A program made the position numbers and the translations under genes. The notes under the pieces are model-generated. The model was not told the DNA's origin. It searched no databases and worked only from the letters and a program-made list of their open reading frames with translations. Below are positions 24,301 through 37,200 of a stretch of 64,000 nucleotides of DNA, piece after piece (position 1 is the stretch's first letter; every line of letters begins with the position of its first letter). This stretch comes from Phoronis australis (lineage: Eukaryota > Animalia > Phoronida), in NCBI GenBank assembly GCA_002633005.1, contig NMRA01000043.1:1264949-1328948 (forward strand), written 5' to 3'.

Positions 24301-27300
24301 GACTCCAAGGACGCTGACATCAATGGAATCTTAACAGGTGATTCATGTTTAAGCCTCTCAGACGGCCAGTTAAACCACAGCTCCCTCATGTGGAGAAAAC
24401 TATGTTGTTCTGCATGTTCTTACATTTGTTCAGTGAATATCTGGTTATATATTTAATATTATGCAGCTTTAAAAATAGGAAGTAATGGACTGGTGTGACT
24501 TGATATTTGGTAGAGCTATTTCTGGTGGGACTGTGTGAAATTGAGCAGACAGGATATTTTTCACGCAGACGAAAATTTATGTATCTTTAAGTTTCATGTT
24601 TCCGGTTCCTTTCATTAGCATCTCTTCTCAAACTAATGTTGCATTGAGCTGGTGTGCGTGACGTCATGACGAGAGCCTGTGACTCTTTGGTTGACTAGGT
24701 TTCAATATGCAAGAGCTGTAAGTTAATCATATCTCGATGGCCCAAAATTGCAGACGTTATCTCTGATGTCGTCTGCAGGTGATTTGCTGATTATCATGGC
24801 TCAAGTCATTGTGGCTCTACAGATGGTTGTGGAAGAAAAGTTTTTGTACAAGTATGAGGTGCCCGCACTGCAGGCAGTTGGCTGGGAAGGTATGTTATGT
24901 TACCGCACAATTAATTATTTATGTTACTTGCGTGTAACTTATTTTGATTTTGCTCTGTGGCATCTTTCCCACTAGGTTGATTGCAGTTAAGTACTAAAAA
25001 TTTGCCTTATGTGATCGAGGCATTTCTTTATTTTTACTGTGAAAACTCGAGGTATGTCACTTAAAGACAATGTGTTTAACACCCTAAGGTCAGTGTTAAG
25101 GAAGCTATTTAGTGAGAATTATTCAAAAGATTGTAGGCACACTGTTCTGTTGTAACTGTAGACATTTTCATCCATGTAGCTTGTCGTTTTCAGGTGTGTT
25201 TGGATTCCTTGTTCTGGGACTACTGTGTATCCCCATGTACTATATCCCCGTGGGATCGTTTAGCCACAACCCTCATGGCCGCCTGGAGGATGTTGTAGAT
25301 GCGTTTACACAAATGGGTAACAACCCGATCATTGTTGTAGCCACTGTGGGTAAGCATCTCTTCTTTTTACATCATACTCCCTGTATAATGTTATTCTATT
25401 TTGGTAATCACGGCTGTTCAGAAAGCAAAAAATGTACATTTAGTTCAGACATCAGTTACGTAACGCCAGATATGTCTTGCCATCAACAGTATCAGTGGCA
25501 GTGTTGCTCTGTACAGGGTTCCTACATTTCTAGTATCAGTATATTTATTGTGACTGATCCTCTTCTTAAACGCATCCTCTTAGTTTTGGTTTTATTTTTA
25601 GAAGTGTTTGTAATAGCATGCTTCTCTGAAATTGAGTCACATTATTGAAACACAATGTAGTAATTTGCCTGATAGTTGCACTTTACTAAGAAAAGTCAAG
25701 AAGCCTGTGCATAATGTGCTTAGTTGACTTAGAGTAATCTTGTCTCTTCTGCTTACTAGCCCACCAATGAACCATGGCTAACCTGCAAAGTAGACCCTTT
25801 AACACATTCATCTTGGCAGACACCAATTACCTTTCCCACATAAGCTGAACACTGATGCAATAGTTCTATTGCTCTTCTTGTCAGGAGCAATGGATACTGA
25901 TCAGGTGCAGAAAATCTTGCTCTGAAGTTTACCAGTAATGTGTGGCAACAGATAATTACTCAGAGTCTGTATAATGGTCACTTTCCTCAGCATATCATTG
26001 CTGTTACCGTCTGTTGTGTATAGTCAAGTGATGAGAACTATAATGGTGAATTTATGATTATAATCTACAGGGGGTTTATTCATGAATGAGAGCTGTGAAG
26101 TATAGAACCCCAAAAGTGATAAGCTCGCATTCCATAAAAGAGACTTGTAAGCATTGATTTAGACCAGTCACTAAAATTTGTTCCTTAATCAGTTGAGAAT
26201 TGATTTTTGGCCTTGCAAAAGCTGACATATTGTGATATCTTGGGATAATACTCACCGAATGCAATGAAATGCTGTGCACGTCACGTCGAAATAATAATAA
26301 ATCTTTGGCTGTAAAAACAAATTTTTGTTTTTTATCCCAAATTGAAGCATTTTTTGTAATTTGTAAACCATTTTGTGACATTTGTCATTTAGTTTGCTTT
26401 AAAACAATGGATTTGTTGCATTTGTTGGACTTGCCAATTAAAAATCTTCTAAAAATGAAAAGTGAAATTTGGATATGGCTTGTTGAAAAATTATGCACCA
26501 AAAATCAATGCATTTTGTTTTGTAAAACTGAAAATTGAGCTTTGACCAAGCCTGGTTGAGTTGTAATTAGCCTGGTTCAGTTGTAACTAGCCTGGCTGAA
26601 TATAAATGTCATGGCATATTTTACTTCCTTAAAGGCGAAGGCAACCTTTTTCCATGTCATTTTGAGCTAAGATAAGGTTGGTTGGTTATCCTAGACATAT
26701 TTTCCACTTAATTACAGCTTTTCGTAATTTTATAAATTACTCGTCCGCTACTCCGGAAGTGACGTTTTAGGAGGCAAGCGGTTCCCGCCATTTGGTTTTG
26801 CGTTGACTTTACCGTGCGAATCTGTTCTATTCTACTTTTGTTTTGTGTTGTTTTTCAACAATTGTTGCCACCACTTCCCATCGGCGAGTATTCTGCAGCA
26901 AGATAGGTTAGTAGAAAACTCAACTACGTTGGATTTAGGGATTGTTTGGTGTGTTGTAAGTCGGTGACCCGTATTACAGGGACAGTAGTGTGAGTGACGG
27001 AGACCTTGTTCACAGCAGTGGTGACGAGGAATTTTTTCACGGACATTCAGTGGGTGGGTACATGTTTGAGCCCGAGTATAACGAGGCAGAGTACGCACAG
27101 GCACAGGCAGCTGTTGAGAGAAACGAGGCGGCTACTGAGGACAGACGTGGTGACACATCTTGGTGCAAATACACTGTGTGCGTTGTTATGCCTACCTCAA
27201 TGGAATGCTTGTGCGGTTCAGAGTTCGACGAGGCCAAGCCACTACTGGACATGGTTAAGTGGACCTCCGGCATACCACGGACAGAGGAACAACTGTCCCA

Positions 27301-30259
27301 CTTGCCAGAGCGTCCCGCGACACACAGGCTCCCACTGGATGGTGACCTGAGCACCCAAACTTGTTACACCGTGTTGTGTGACTCCCTCGCCACACACCTG
27401 GCACCTTCTAAATAGCTCCAACACTTTAGACAAGTCCACAATAAACTTATCAAAGTTTGGCTCACCGATCTGTTCACTGGACGACGAACTGTCCTCTTCA
27501 CTGGGTGTCGAACTGAGCCTGTTATCACTCCCACTCATTATCGCTGCAGGGCTGCTTAGAGGCTCTGGGGTGGTGAAAACAGCACAGGGCGAATCACTAC
27601 TGGTTCCAGGAATTGCACGCTCTGGGGTACGTTCGGAGGCACGGGTGACAGTAGATGAAGTGCCTCCACTGGCTCCAGTCACTGTACTGGCCACAGCTCG
27701 CGAGGCTTCTCGCTTAAAAAACGCACTTCTCGGGGGTGGCGACGGGGCACTGCCGGGAATCAACACAGACGGAATGGCATCCTTCTTGAGACGTTGTTTT
27801 GCAGTGACCTTCATCAGTTCAGCGTACAAATCCCTTTCGTAATCGGACGGCAGAAAGTGCTTGCCACACACAGGGTAATTCTCCACTGCTTTGTACGTTG
27901 CGTGGACGGGTAACGCTGCGTTCTTCACACGAACGAGCCAAGTACGGCGAAGTGTGTCATCCCTGATCGGAAAGCGATGCAAAGGTACTCCCAAAGCGTG
28001 CGTGAGCCGATAGTACATCCTGGTACGCAGCAACAGTGTGGCATGTTGACTGACTAGTAAATGAAAGCAAACGATGACGGAACTTAACACAACCGAGGTA
28101 GAACAATGACTGACGCGGCAGCTCTCACAGTCAGACTATATGAAAAGAAATTGGCGCGAAATGCTTGCCTCCTAAAACGTCACTTCCGGAGTAGCGGACG
28201 AGTAATTAATAAAATTTTAAAAAAGCTGTAATTAAGTGGAAAATATGTCTAGGATAACCAACCAACCTTATTTTAGCTCAAAATGACATGGAAAAAGGTT
28301 GCCTTTGCCTTTAAGTTCCTAAAATCACAAGTTAAAGCAAGCTAAGTGATGAGGTGGGACGGTTGCATTATAAGTACATTACAGATTTTACTAATTGTTG
28401 TTTTGCTACTTTTGTTGCTGATGTTGTCATTGTTGTACAGGTAATATTGTCAGTATTGCATTCTTCAACTTCTCTGGAATCAGTGTCACTAAAGAGATCA
28501 GTGCGACCACCCGCATGGTGCTGGACAGTCTGCGGACGGTGGCCATCTGGGCAGTGTCACTCATTGTCGGCTGGCAGCTTTTTCAGTATTTACAAGTTAT
28601 TGGTAGGTCTTTTGCTGAGGACTTATTTTTCTGTGCATTGACATAGTTACAGCTAAGATTCCACAAATATCAGTAAGGCTGAAACTGCGGTGTGCTTTCC
28701 GTTTTTAGTAGGCATGAGCAGGCTAAGTAATGTGAAGAATAAATTAAGTTGTAACATATGTTAAAAAATTTATCCTAAGCTTTTTACTAAAGGCTGATGA
28801 AACTGATTGTGATTAAAACATGAGATAAGGTCATTTCCATTGTACAAAAGACACAGAATTTTAAACCCTCTCTTGAATGGTGTTTGGTTCTTAAAATGAA
28901 TTCAACTTCACAAAATAGTTCATTGCTATATTGAGCAGCATAACATAGATCTCATCTGCTGTTTAGCACAGCTTGTGGAGTTATATGTTTGCTGTATTCA
29001 TGGCCCAGAATAAGCCGCCAGGGTAGAAAGTACTACGATCAGGTATTGAAACACAGTGACATCACCGGGGCCAACTTTGCCAGACTCTAGGGTGTTTATC
29101 GAACAGTGGCACGATATAGGGTAAAGTGAAAACGCGCATTTTAAAATTAGATTGTGTCTGATAACTATTAATCATACCTCGTTGGCTATTTTTTTGCACC
29201 CGCTAGATTAACTTTCCAACGATTAAACGACGGGGAAAGACAAGAATTCAGGAATTAAAGATCATTATTCCTATATGAAGTTAATAACCTTGATCATCGT
29301 CCATTACTTCACTGTTCCCATGTTGCTAAATTTTGTGCCATAACACAATCTATTGAAAAATTATACACTACACAAACATGGCATAATACATTGTCCAAGA
29401 ACATTGGTTAACTAGCTGGTCAGATGTTGACATTGTGATTTATTTTGCAGGATTCCTGCTCTTAACCGTGGGTATGTTTGTGTATAATGACATCTTGATT
29501 GTGCCGATGATGAGGAAGTATGGGATTATACGACCAGATGCAGAGAACAGTGAGGAGAGACAGTCATTGATAGCTGAAAAGCAAGGGGGTAGGTGTGAGA
29601 TGAGTGGAAGGGGTCTGTTTAGCCAGACATTGTGTTATAATGGTGTAATTATGGACAATGATGGCTGATGGGGGGGGGGTGNGTAAGGGATGGAGCAGTT
29701 TGCAGTGGTGGGCCACACATACTAAGATGGCCATTGCCAGATTTGTAAGGGGCTCTGCATAACAAGGGTGTTACTTTAGATCATTGTGTCGAAGACTGGT
29801 GAACCTAGCTATTGTGTGACTCGGCATTTGACATGATTGAGAGGATCAGTGGTTTCATTTATCTGACAGTGTAATTAACGAAATATGAACATTCAGTAAA
29901 GGCGAAGGATTTGGTATTTTGTAGTCTGTACTATCTAAAATTATTGGCAGTGTGCGTGAACATTGTGATTGCGTAGCTGTGTTATTACTGACAGACATCC
30001 ATTTCTGTTCCCTGTTTAATTTAAGAAGCCTTTCATAAAAGTTAGCTGCTCTGCTATTGGTGGCCATCAGATCTTAACTGGTAGGAAGAATGTTTCCCAG
30101 TCAAACATGGAGTATTAAACATAATCTGAAAGAAGGAATCTTAATCATGATCGTCAATGTTCTCGGCTGTTGAATGATGTCAGGCTGTTCTACTAAAAAC
30201 TTAAGTTATGCATGCATCAGTGACTCTGTAACTAAATAATATTTTCAGAAATCCAGTAG
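21312..30259 (+). CDS. SLC35F6: Solute carrier family 35 member F6 (nucleotide-sugar-transporter/DMT fold), 9 coding exons
   Basis: Exons 21312-21394, 22295-22364, 22477-22690, 24167-24337, 24779-24889, 25194-25349, 28441-28602, 29451-29588, 30249-30259 (the last is less certain). Motifs: VTGSINSLSTKWAD, FDHPFLQAVGMFIGEMSC, FLPPALCDMCGTSLMYLGL, SSFQMLRGAVIFFT, QMVVEEKF, AVGWEG, SIAFFNFSGISVTKEISATTRMVLDSLRT. Confidence 0.96.
26990..27255 (+). pseudogene. KolX accessory protein N-terminal remnant (P2X7 C-terminal/ballast-like Cys-rich domain)
   Basis: YMFEPEY...RRGDTSWCKYTVCVVMPTSMECLCGSE resembles the KolX pattern YxFEP...WCxCxxCxxMPTxxECxCCxE with two Cys lost. It starts at GTG and is truncated at the deletion junction. 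Confidence 0.8.
27255..28044 (-). pseudogene. THAP-domain transposase N-terminal remnant (frameshifted; DDE core missing)
   Basis: ATG at 28044 gives MPHCCCVPGC. A frameshift then leads to LHRFP...RRTW...VCGKHF..SDY...RLKKDAIPS (C2CH THAP with AVPT-like box), a Ser/Pro linker and KFIV...LELFRRCQVC (zinc-binding segment). Confidence 0.85.
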
Positions 30260-31874
30260 AAGGGTCAAGATTATCTGATTTACGAGATATGGATCATCGA
30301 TTGATCGCAGAATGTCAAGAGACTGTTTCAAAAGGTCGGAGGTGGGCAGATTCCATCACATGCTAGAATACAAATTATGGACAATGTTTGCCAAACAATA
30401 CAAACTCAGGTGTTTCATGTGAATTTTGTATTGCGTGGTTTGAATTTGTGTCTCGTGTGCCTTGTTTTTCTTTGTGGAAGTCATTCCGGCTATTAGCTCT
30501 TTAAACCTGGATGCTGTCAAAAGAAACTTAACTGAGGCCACTTGCTGTCATCCAGTCTCAGCTTGTGATTTCTGGACTTGATAAAAGGTTGCAGCATGAT
30601 TTCTTAATGCCTGTACGCACTCCTGTCGATGAGGTGAATTGACCATTTCGTTTTTTGTAAATTTTAAAAAATGTGCAATTTATAATTATAGCTTTTGATT
30701 TTGTGGCCAGGTGTACAAAGTGCTGAAGAAAAATTACTGTTCAAAATTGGCAAAACCGTCAATTAATTAAGAGGCTGAAAATGTCTGAGAGATTATCAAG
30801 GTAATGTTTTGTTAAAGACTGTTAATGTCATCTTAAATGACTGGCTTCAGGTACCGGTAATAATTTAAAGAATTGTCAAGAACAGTAATGATTTCCGAAC
30901 ATTGCTTTACTGTTTCACATAATTATGTCTCCATCAATATGAATCACAAACTTTTAGTTAAAGCTGCACACGAACTTGTTTTAACTGGCTAAAATGAAAA
31001 TCGAACTAGGCTTTTTACTCTGTCTGGATATTCCTTACAATGATAGAATTCTGTTTTTGAACATCCAAACCATCAGTGACTAATTAGAAAATGTCTGAGA
31101 GTTTATCGAGGTTGGCCAACCATGTGGAAATTTGAAAATGAAGCATGGAGTTGTTGCTGTTGACTCGAGTTAGGAAAATACAATCATGTCACAGTAAGGA
31201 ATTTGTTTGAGATTAGAAGGCCGATAAGATTTTTGTTTTTCAACCACGTAAACGGATTGTGCAGCTGTTGTACTGTTAATTATCTTGTTTTATTTTGCTT
31301 GTTTGTTGTTTTAGTTTTTCCAAATTATTTTTAATAACCAGTTTAATTACTCAGAGATTTGCTTATTTTGATTACGTAGTTGATATGTACTGCGATCATA
31401 ATGTAAGGTCGTGATTGTCTTTTAATAAGTTGTCATTTATCTCAACTGTTGGTTTCTGGACCTATTTGTTATTGCATTAAGTGTGGCGAGACAGTATGCA
31501 ACTGTTGTGATTTTCTGTCCCCATAACTCTCAGAATTCATATCTGTTGTGAATGTGCAGGCCACTTTGAAGAACCAGGCTTCACACAATTGTTTTGAAGA
31601 TTATCAGCGCACGATTAAAATTCAAGCTGGTTATTCCACTTTTTTCTGTGATCAAAGTATGCAGAATATTTGGTATGGATTGGTAGTGACAAGTTTTTCA
31701 GTCTAATTTTATGCATAGACTTTTTTACTTTTTAAAGGAATTGTTTTTCTATTGCGATCATTGAAGTCTATTCTTATGCGCAAGTTTTTTAATATGTATT
31801 GTAATCTAGTGTATTTTTTAATTTGTAATTTGGATTTTGTTCTTTGATTAGAGCCAGCCTACATTGCCTCATGA

Positions 31875-32020
31875 GCTTCTGTGCGTGTCGACACAGTGTA
31901 ACTAGGCAACTTCCTATCGGTCTTCTGTGTGTGTCGACACAGTGTAAATAGGCAGCTTCATATCAGTCTTCTGTGTGTGTCGACACAGTGTAACTAGGCA
32001 GCTTCATATCAGTCCTCTGT
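31875..32020. repeat. 46-bp tandem repeat containing the palindrome tgtgtcgacaca
   Basis: About 3 copies (tctt at 31921 and 31967). Confidence 0.85.
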
Positions 32021-32167
32021 TGTGATGTTAAAAACACCAGGACCATAACTTTGTTTTCATTGACCGTACGCATGATATACAAGCTTGCACAGGTGGCGCT
32101 AGGAGTGAGGTTATTCCCGTTTACATTACAATGAATCCAGCTACTTCTGCAGGCAGTATTTCTTGCA

Positions 32168-32637
32168 TATGACCACTGAATAGAAGACAGTGTACATGTA
32201 TGACCACTGAATAGAAGATGGTGTACATATATGACCACTGAATAGAAGACTGTACATGTATGACCACTGAATAGAAGACAGTGTACATGTATGACCACTG
32301 AATAGAAGACTGTACATGTATGACCAATGAATAGAAGACAGTGTACATGTATGACCACCGAATAGACGATAGTGTACATGTATGACCACTGAATAGAAGA
32401 CGGTGTACATGTATGGCCACTGAATAGAAGACGGTGTACATGTATGACCACGGAATAGAAGACGGCGTACATGTATGACCACCGAATAGAAGACAGTGTA
32501 CATGTATGACCACTGAATAGAAGACAGTGTACATGTATGACCACTGAATAGAAGATAGTGTACATGTATGACCACTGAATAGAAGACAGTGTACATGTAT
32601 GGCCACGGAATAGAAGATAGTGTACATGTATGGCCAT
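32168..32637. repeat. 31-bp minisatellite (atgaccactgaatagaagacagtgtacatgt)n
   Basis: About 15 copies between the convergent SLC35F6 and lectin genes; it explains ORF 31963-32691 and its overlapping ORFs. Confidence 0.95.
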
Positions 32638-33549
32638 GAAATTTTTGTGTAAGGTTGCAACACTACACAGAGTATACAGGCTACATAGCATTATGTTTCT
32701 CAGACTTTGAAGTCCTACAACTCACCTGTCCTTCAACTTATACAATGAAGTCAGCTGAAGCAGCTCCATAGCCAGCATTTTGCAATACCACGATGCAACT
32801 GTTGTGGATTATCCAGGTGCATAATACAGAGAATGAAGATTATTGTGTTTTGATTCCATTGCACACAGAGTTTTATTTTAGTACGCTGAATATTACCAGA
32901 TGGTTATAAACATTGCTTTCAAGATCTTACAAAACTAAGCTTTTTCAAATTCATACAAAACATGAAAAATAAGTATCACTAGATTAAATATTAAAATTCT
33001 AAATTCATGCACAAAATAATTATTAACAATCGACTTTGCACACAAGAAGTGCACACTTAAATACACCTGCCAATTCTTCAACTAAAATGCATAATAATAA
33101 TAAAAATTGCTAACTCTTCATTTTTTCAGGATACCTGTGAGTAGCCACATCTCACATGAGACATTAGCCAAATAATACATGGCATTTGAACCTGTCAAAG
33201 GTCACTTTTAATGAGAAACAAGAAGTGCAGCATATTTTGACGACAATTGGTGTGAATTTAAAGTAGTCCTGCCAGTTAAACATTAATTACAACAATCCTT
33301 TCAAATAAAATGTCAAAATGAACTAAAAAATCACATGACAAAATGTCAACTGGTATCTTGTAATGACCACAAATATAAGAAGATTGCAACACAACTACAA
33401 TGTCAACACTAATATCGTTTAAGACAAACTAAAACATTCCTCTAAAGCTACTGATAAGTTAACACATGAGTAGCTGTAGTATTTGTAGAGTACACAGCCA
33501 TTAATGGAGAACATTGCTCATTTAAAGGTCTGGAGCATCTGACGGGAAA

Positions 33550-33835
33550 CCCAGCACTTCTCAGTCCTACCAAACTTATAACTGTACAAATGTCCAGCAG
33601 TGCACCCAGCACCTCAGACCATTACAGTTATATCAAACTTTTAGTGTACAAATGTCTGGCAGTACACCCAGCACCTCTCAGACCATTACAGCGAAACCAC
33701 ACTTATAACTACAAATGTCCAGCAGTACACCAAGTACCTCTCATACCATTACAGTTATGTCACACTTATAACTGTACAAATGTCCGGCAGTACACCCAGC
33801 ACCTCTAAGACCATTACAGTTATACCACACGAACT
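33550..33835. repeat. ~63-66-bp tandem repeat in the lectin gene 3' UTR region
   Basis: tacaaatgtcc.gcagtacacccagcacctctcagaccattacag recurs about 4 times. Confidence 0.85.
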
Positions 33836-34268
33836 GCAAAATCCTAGTCTGACAGTAGACCCTTAACTAGCACGCACATAATTCACAGTACAAAATACTG
33901 AACAAAGAATTCTACGGGTACACAATTTTTGTGTCATAATATCATATTACAAAAATATACATACTAGTAGAATCCAATTACTACAGGAATTACATCCAAA
34001 CTATAAATAGCACTCAAGTCAATTTGATCAGCCACAGCCGACTTCAGAGTCACCTAGTGGCATGTGTTGACACCCTTCCTTGATGACACAAACATGGAGG
34101 ACCCAGCCAACTCTAGTCCAGTCATACACTAACAAATGTTCCCTAACTCCTTGTTCAAGTTCACCCCTAGCCGTGCATATTGCTTTGATCACAACCTGCC
34201 TCCAAGCCTTACACTTTAACAACCAATATATGCCAACTATACCAGTCATCACAACAGCCACTCTGTAT

Positions 34269-37200
34269 TTACTGAGACATGTCGTACAGCTGATTTGTGA
34301 CTAACACAGGAGTACGCACTTCATGCTCGGCTCCCCTGGGCTCAGCACTCTCGTATAAATCATTTCTGACCATCTCTACAGGTCCAGTAGTCACTGCATC
34401 CTCAACAGTCTCACCCTCGGCTGCTTCGTCGTAAGACGGCGGTAGACCAGGAGGAAAGTAAGTGGGTGGCGGAGTGTTGGGAACAGCATATTGGTTAACT
34501 TGAGGTACAGCATATTCACTGTCACATCTCGCTAGCTCTGCTGCCTCATTTTTCTTATTGGCACTGGTGTCGCGGCTCAACAGAGAACAGTTACTGTAAG
34601 TGTTGTGAGTGGGTGAGGCAAGCGGTGCTGCTTCAGCTCCGCCCACTTCTGTGTACTCTGTCTCGTTGATATCACTGTATACGTTGATATCCGTCCTCTG
34701 GTCTGTGTACTGATTATTGTGAAATGAGACCGTCTGCTCCTCACAGGCGTGCTTTTTTCTCCTAAAAACACAAATGCATGACTGAGAGAACACTGTCAAA
34801 GGTCAAAGCAACGTGCTGCCACCTATGGTTATTTTTGTTACTATGACTGCTTGAATAACCAGATTTTATCTAGCAAAAGAGTTTCACCACAGTTTTGTAA
34901 AGATAACAGTTTGTAACTGGGTGGAACTCCTTTTCAAAGGCTTTAACTATGCAAGTTGGAATGTATTTGCTCTGTCAAATGGAGTTTAACTGTTGTTTCT
35001 GTGATATGATATTCTACTCAAATACGATCTTGGAGCTGGCAGTGAATGGCGCTTCATACAATGTATTTGCCCAGCTGATAACTAAAATGTTCCTGACATG
35101 TTGAATTTTTGTAACGTAATAAATTTTATGTCCTGACGTGTTAAAGTTTGGTCCTTCCATGACAAACTATAGGTCCTGGCGAGATAAATTTTGGTTTTGA
35201 GCATATTTTTGGTCCTGCAGAAAATAAATTCTTGAAAAGAAAATTTGTATCCCTGAATATTTTCCGCTTTGGCTTTCCATATATAATGTCCCTTCCAGCC
35301 ATTGGCAGAATAATTCTTCAACCTGGCGGAACAACACATCCTCAGAATACAGTTTCTCATGTACTAACAGCATTTACTCCCATCGACATAAAATAATTAG
35401 AAATGACAAACCGTTATTTCCACATTTTTGCCCTGTAATTAATTATGTGGAATTTTCTCTCCTAGAATTAGACAGCGATGCAGAGACACCAAGCAACTCT
35501 GTTTTGACAGGTTGACAGACAGGGTATTGAGGAACCATCTTGATCAAGAACATCAACATGGGCAATAGTTTGTAATCCAATTATCATTGATTACTGAGAG
35601 ATTTTGGCCTCAACGGCAGCCAAAAATAACAAAGTTTCTCAAAATACCTAATAAAGGCCTGATAAACTTTGGAAAAATACAAAAACCCCTATAATGAGAT
35701 ATACCAGGCACTTGGAAAACCACCTCTGCCACCACAAGCCACAGGCCATGATGACAAACGGACTGGACTAGACATGACCACAATCATACACTAACAGGTG
35801 ACTGAACTAGGCACAACCACAAACAGGAGAGTCTTACCTCCTCCTACATACAAACAAGATCAAGACGACCGCCAAGACCAGCAGTATCCCCAGTCCAATA
35901 CCAATGCCTAATCCAGTCGCTGTGTTTGTGTTTCCAGAATGGCCTTCAGAATCTTTGATCTTGGCAGCCTCAGCGGCTGTGGACAAACAACAGGTAAATT
36001 AAGACAGTGCACAATGTCTATGGTTGATAGTTAAATCATATGTAAGAAAGTTTTCTAGTAGTACTAGTAGGTGCCACAAGTAGATGTACTACTAGTACTA
36101 GGTAACTACAGAATGAACAACTGTACTGCTTGCAATTGTGTGTAGAAAACATTAAAACAATACATAGTTCCGGCAATCTAACTTGCTTTTAAAATTTCCA
36201 TGTTTTAAATTTCCTCAAAACTCAAACGTTATTAATAAGCATCACATACTATCAAATCGCATTTTTGAAGAAACATGGATTTAGATATGAAAGAGTTCAC
36301 CAATGCTAAAAGTTGCACAAAAAGTTGCAGATAAATGTAAGTTGCACCGAGGATTGAAATGAGCTCAAATTAATATGTTAAGTTATGCTAAGCACATGTG
36401 CAAAATGCAACACACCCTTAATGGCAAGCTGTTCAATAACTAAGCAGAAATAGTGTGCATAGAAGTAAAACTACGAGTTGAAATTATTGACTTTGAACAA
36501 GGATACAACACACAGACACACTAATGATAATGAAATGATATCACCGAGTAGCACTACAGTGATCCATCCTTAAATTGCTGGATTGCAACATCACAAGAAA
36601 AAGACAGTCATGCAGGTCTCAACAAGACATGCTTTGCAATGACCATGAACTCATCATATATGAGACCAAGTTTCCTGGAACTCAAAACACACACAAATAC
36701 CAAAATGTCCACACTTTTATGACTAAACACCTGTTCTTTCCAGATCATAACTGAAAACTGATAAATGATAAAAGTGACAATTAAGTAATGGCAGTGAACA
36801 GTGACTGTGTAGTGCTCTAAACATTCACTTAAGTCACCCCATGAGTCACTGTAGGAAGTACTTCAGGAATGACTCCAGGACTCCCTCTAAGAATCAATCC
36901 AGCAGTCACTGTAGGAGTCATCCAAGAGTCATTCCAAGAGTCACTCTAGGAGTTGGTGCGTAAGACAGAAGAGTGTACAAGACAACATTAGGCATCACCA
37001 CACCGAAAGTTACAACATGCCGGTTACTATGGTTACCTTTAATTTAGTACAGGTGTAAACCAACTAAAATAAAGGAGGCATTGTGCATGAAAAGTCAAGA
37101 GAAGCTGGAGTTAATAAAGGTTGTCGTTAAAAGTACAGCTATAAGGTTCAGTCAGTGATGTGCTGGTCAAAAGGTCCAGAGATAGGGACAGATTGATATT

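Larger units (their letters stand above)
26633..28310 (-). mobile_element. Kolobok-superfamily DNA transposon, internally deleted (1678 bp), in an SLC35F6 intron
   Basis: TTAA target duplication (26629-26632 and 28311-28314), AG...CT termini, ~147-bp near-perfect TIRs (26633-26779 / 28163-28310), and convergent THAP-transposase and KolX remnants. Confidence 0.9.

Noticed and set aside
27378-27842. 154-aa plus-strand ORF
   Set aside because: Antisense shadow of the GC-rich transposase linker.
27242-28090. 282-aa ORF as an intact nested or domesticated THAP gene
   Set aside because: The first THAP cysteines are in another frame, the ORF lacks a proper ATG and the DDE core, and it lies between TIRs with a TSD.
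31963-32691. 242-aa, 180-aa and 151-aa minus-strand ORFs
   Set aside because: All three frames of a 31-bp tandem repeat that happens to lack stops.
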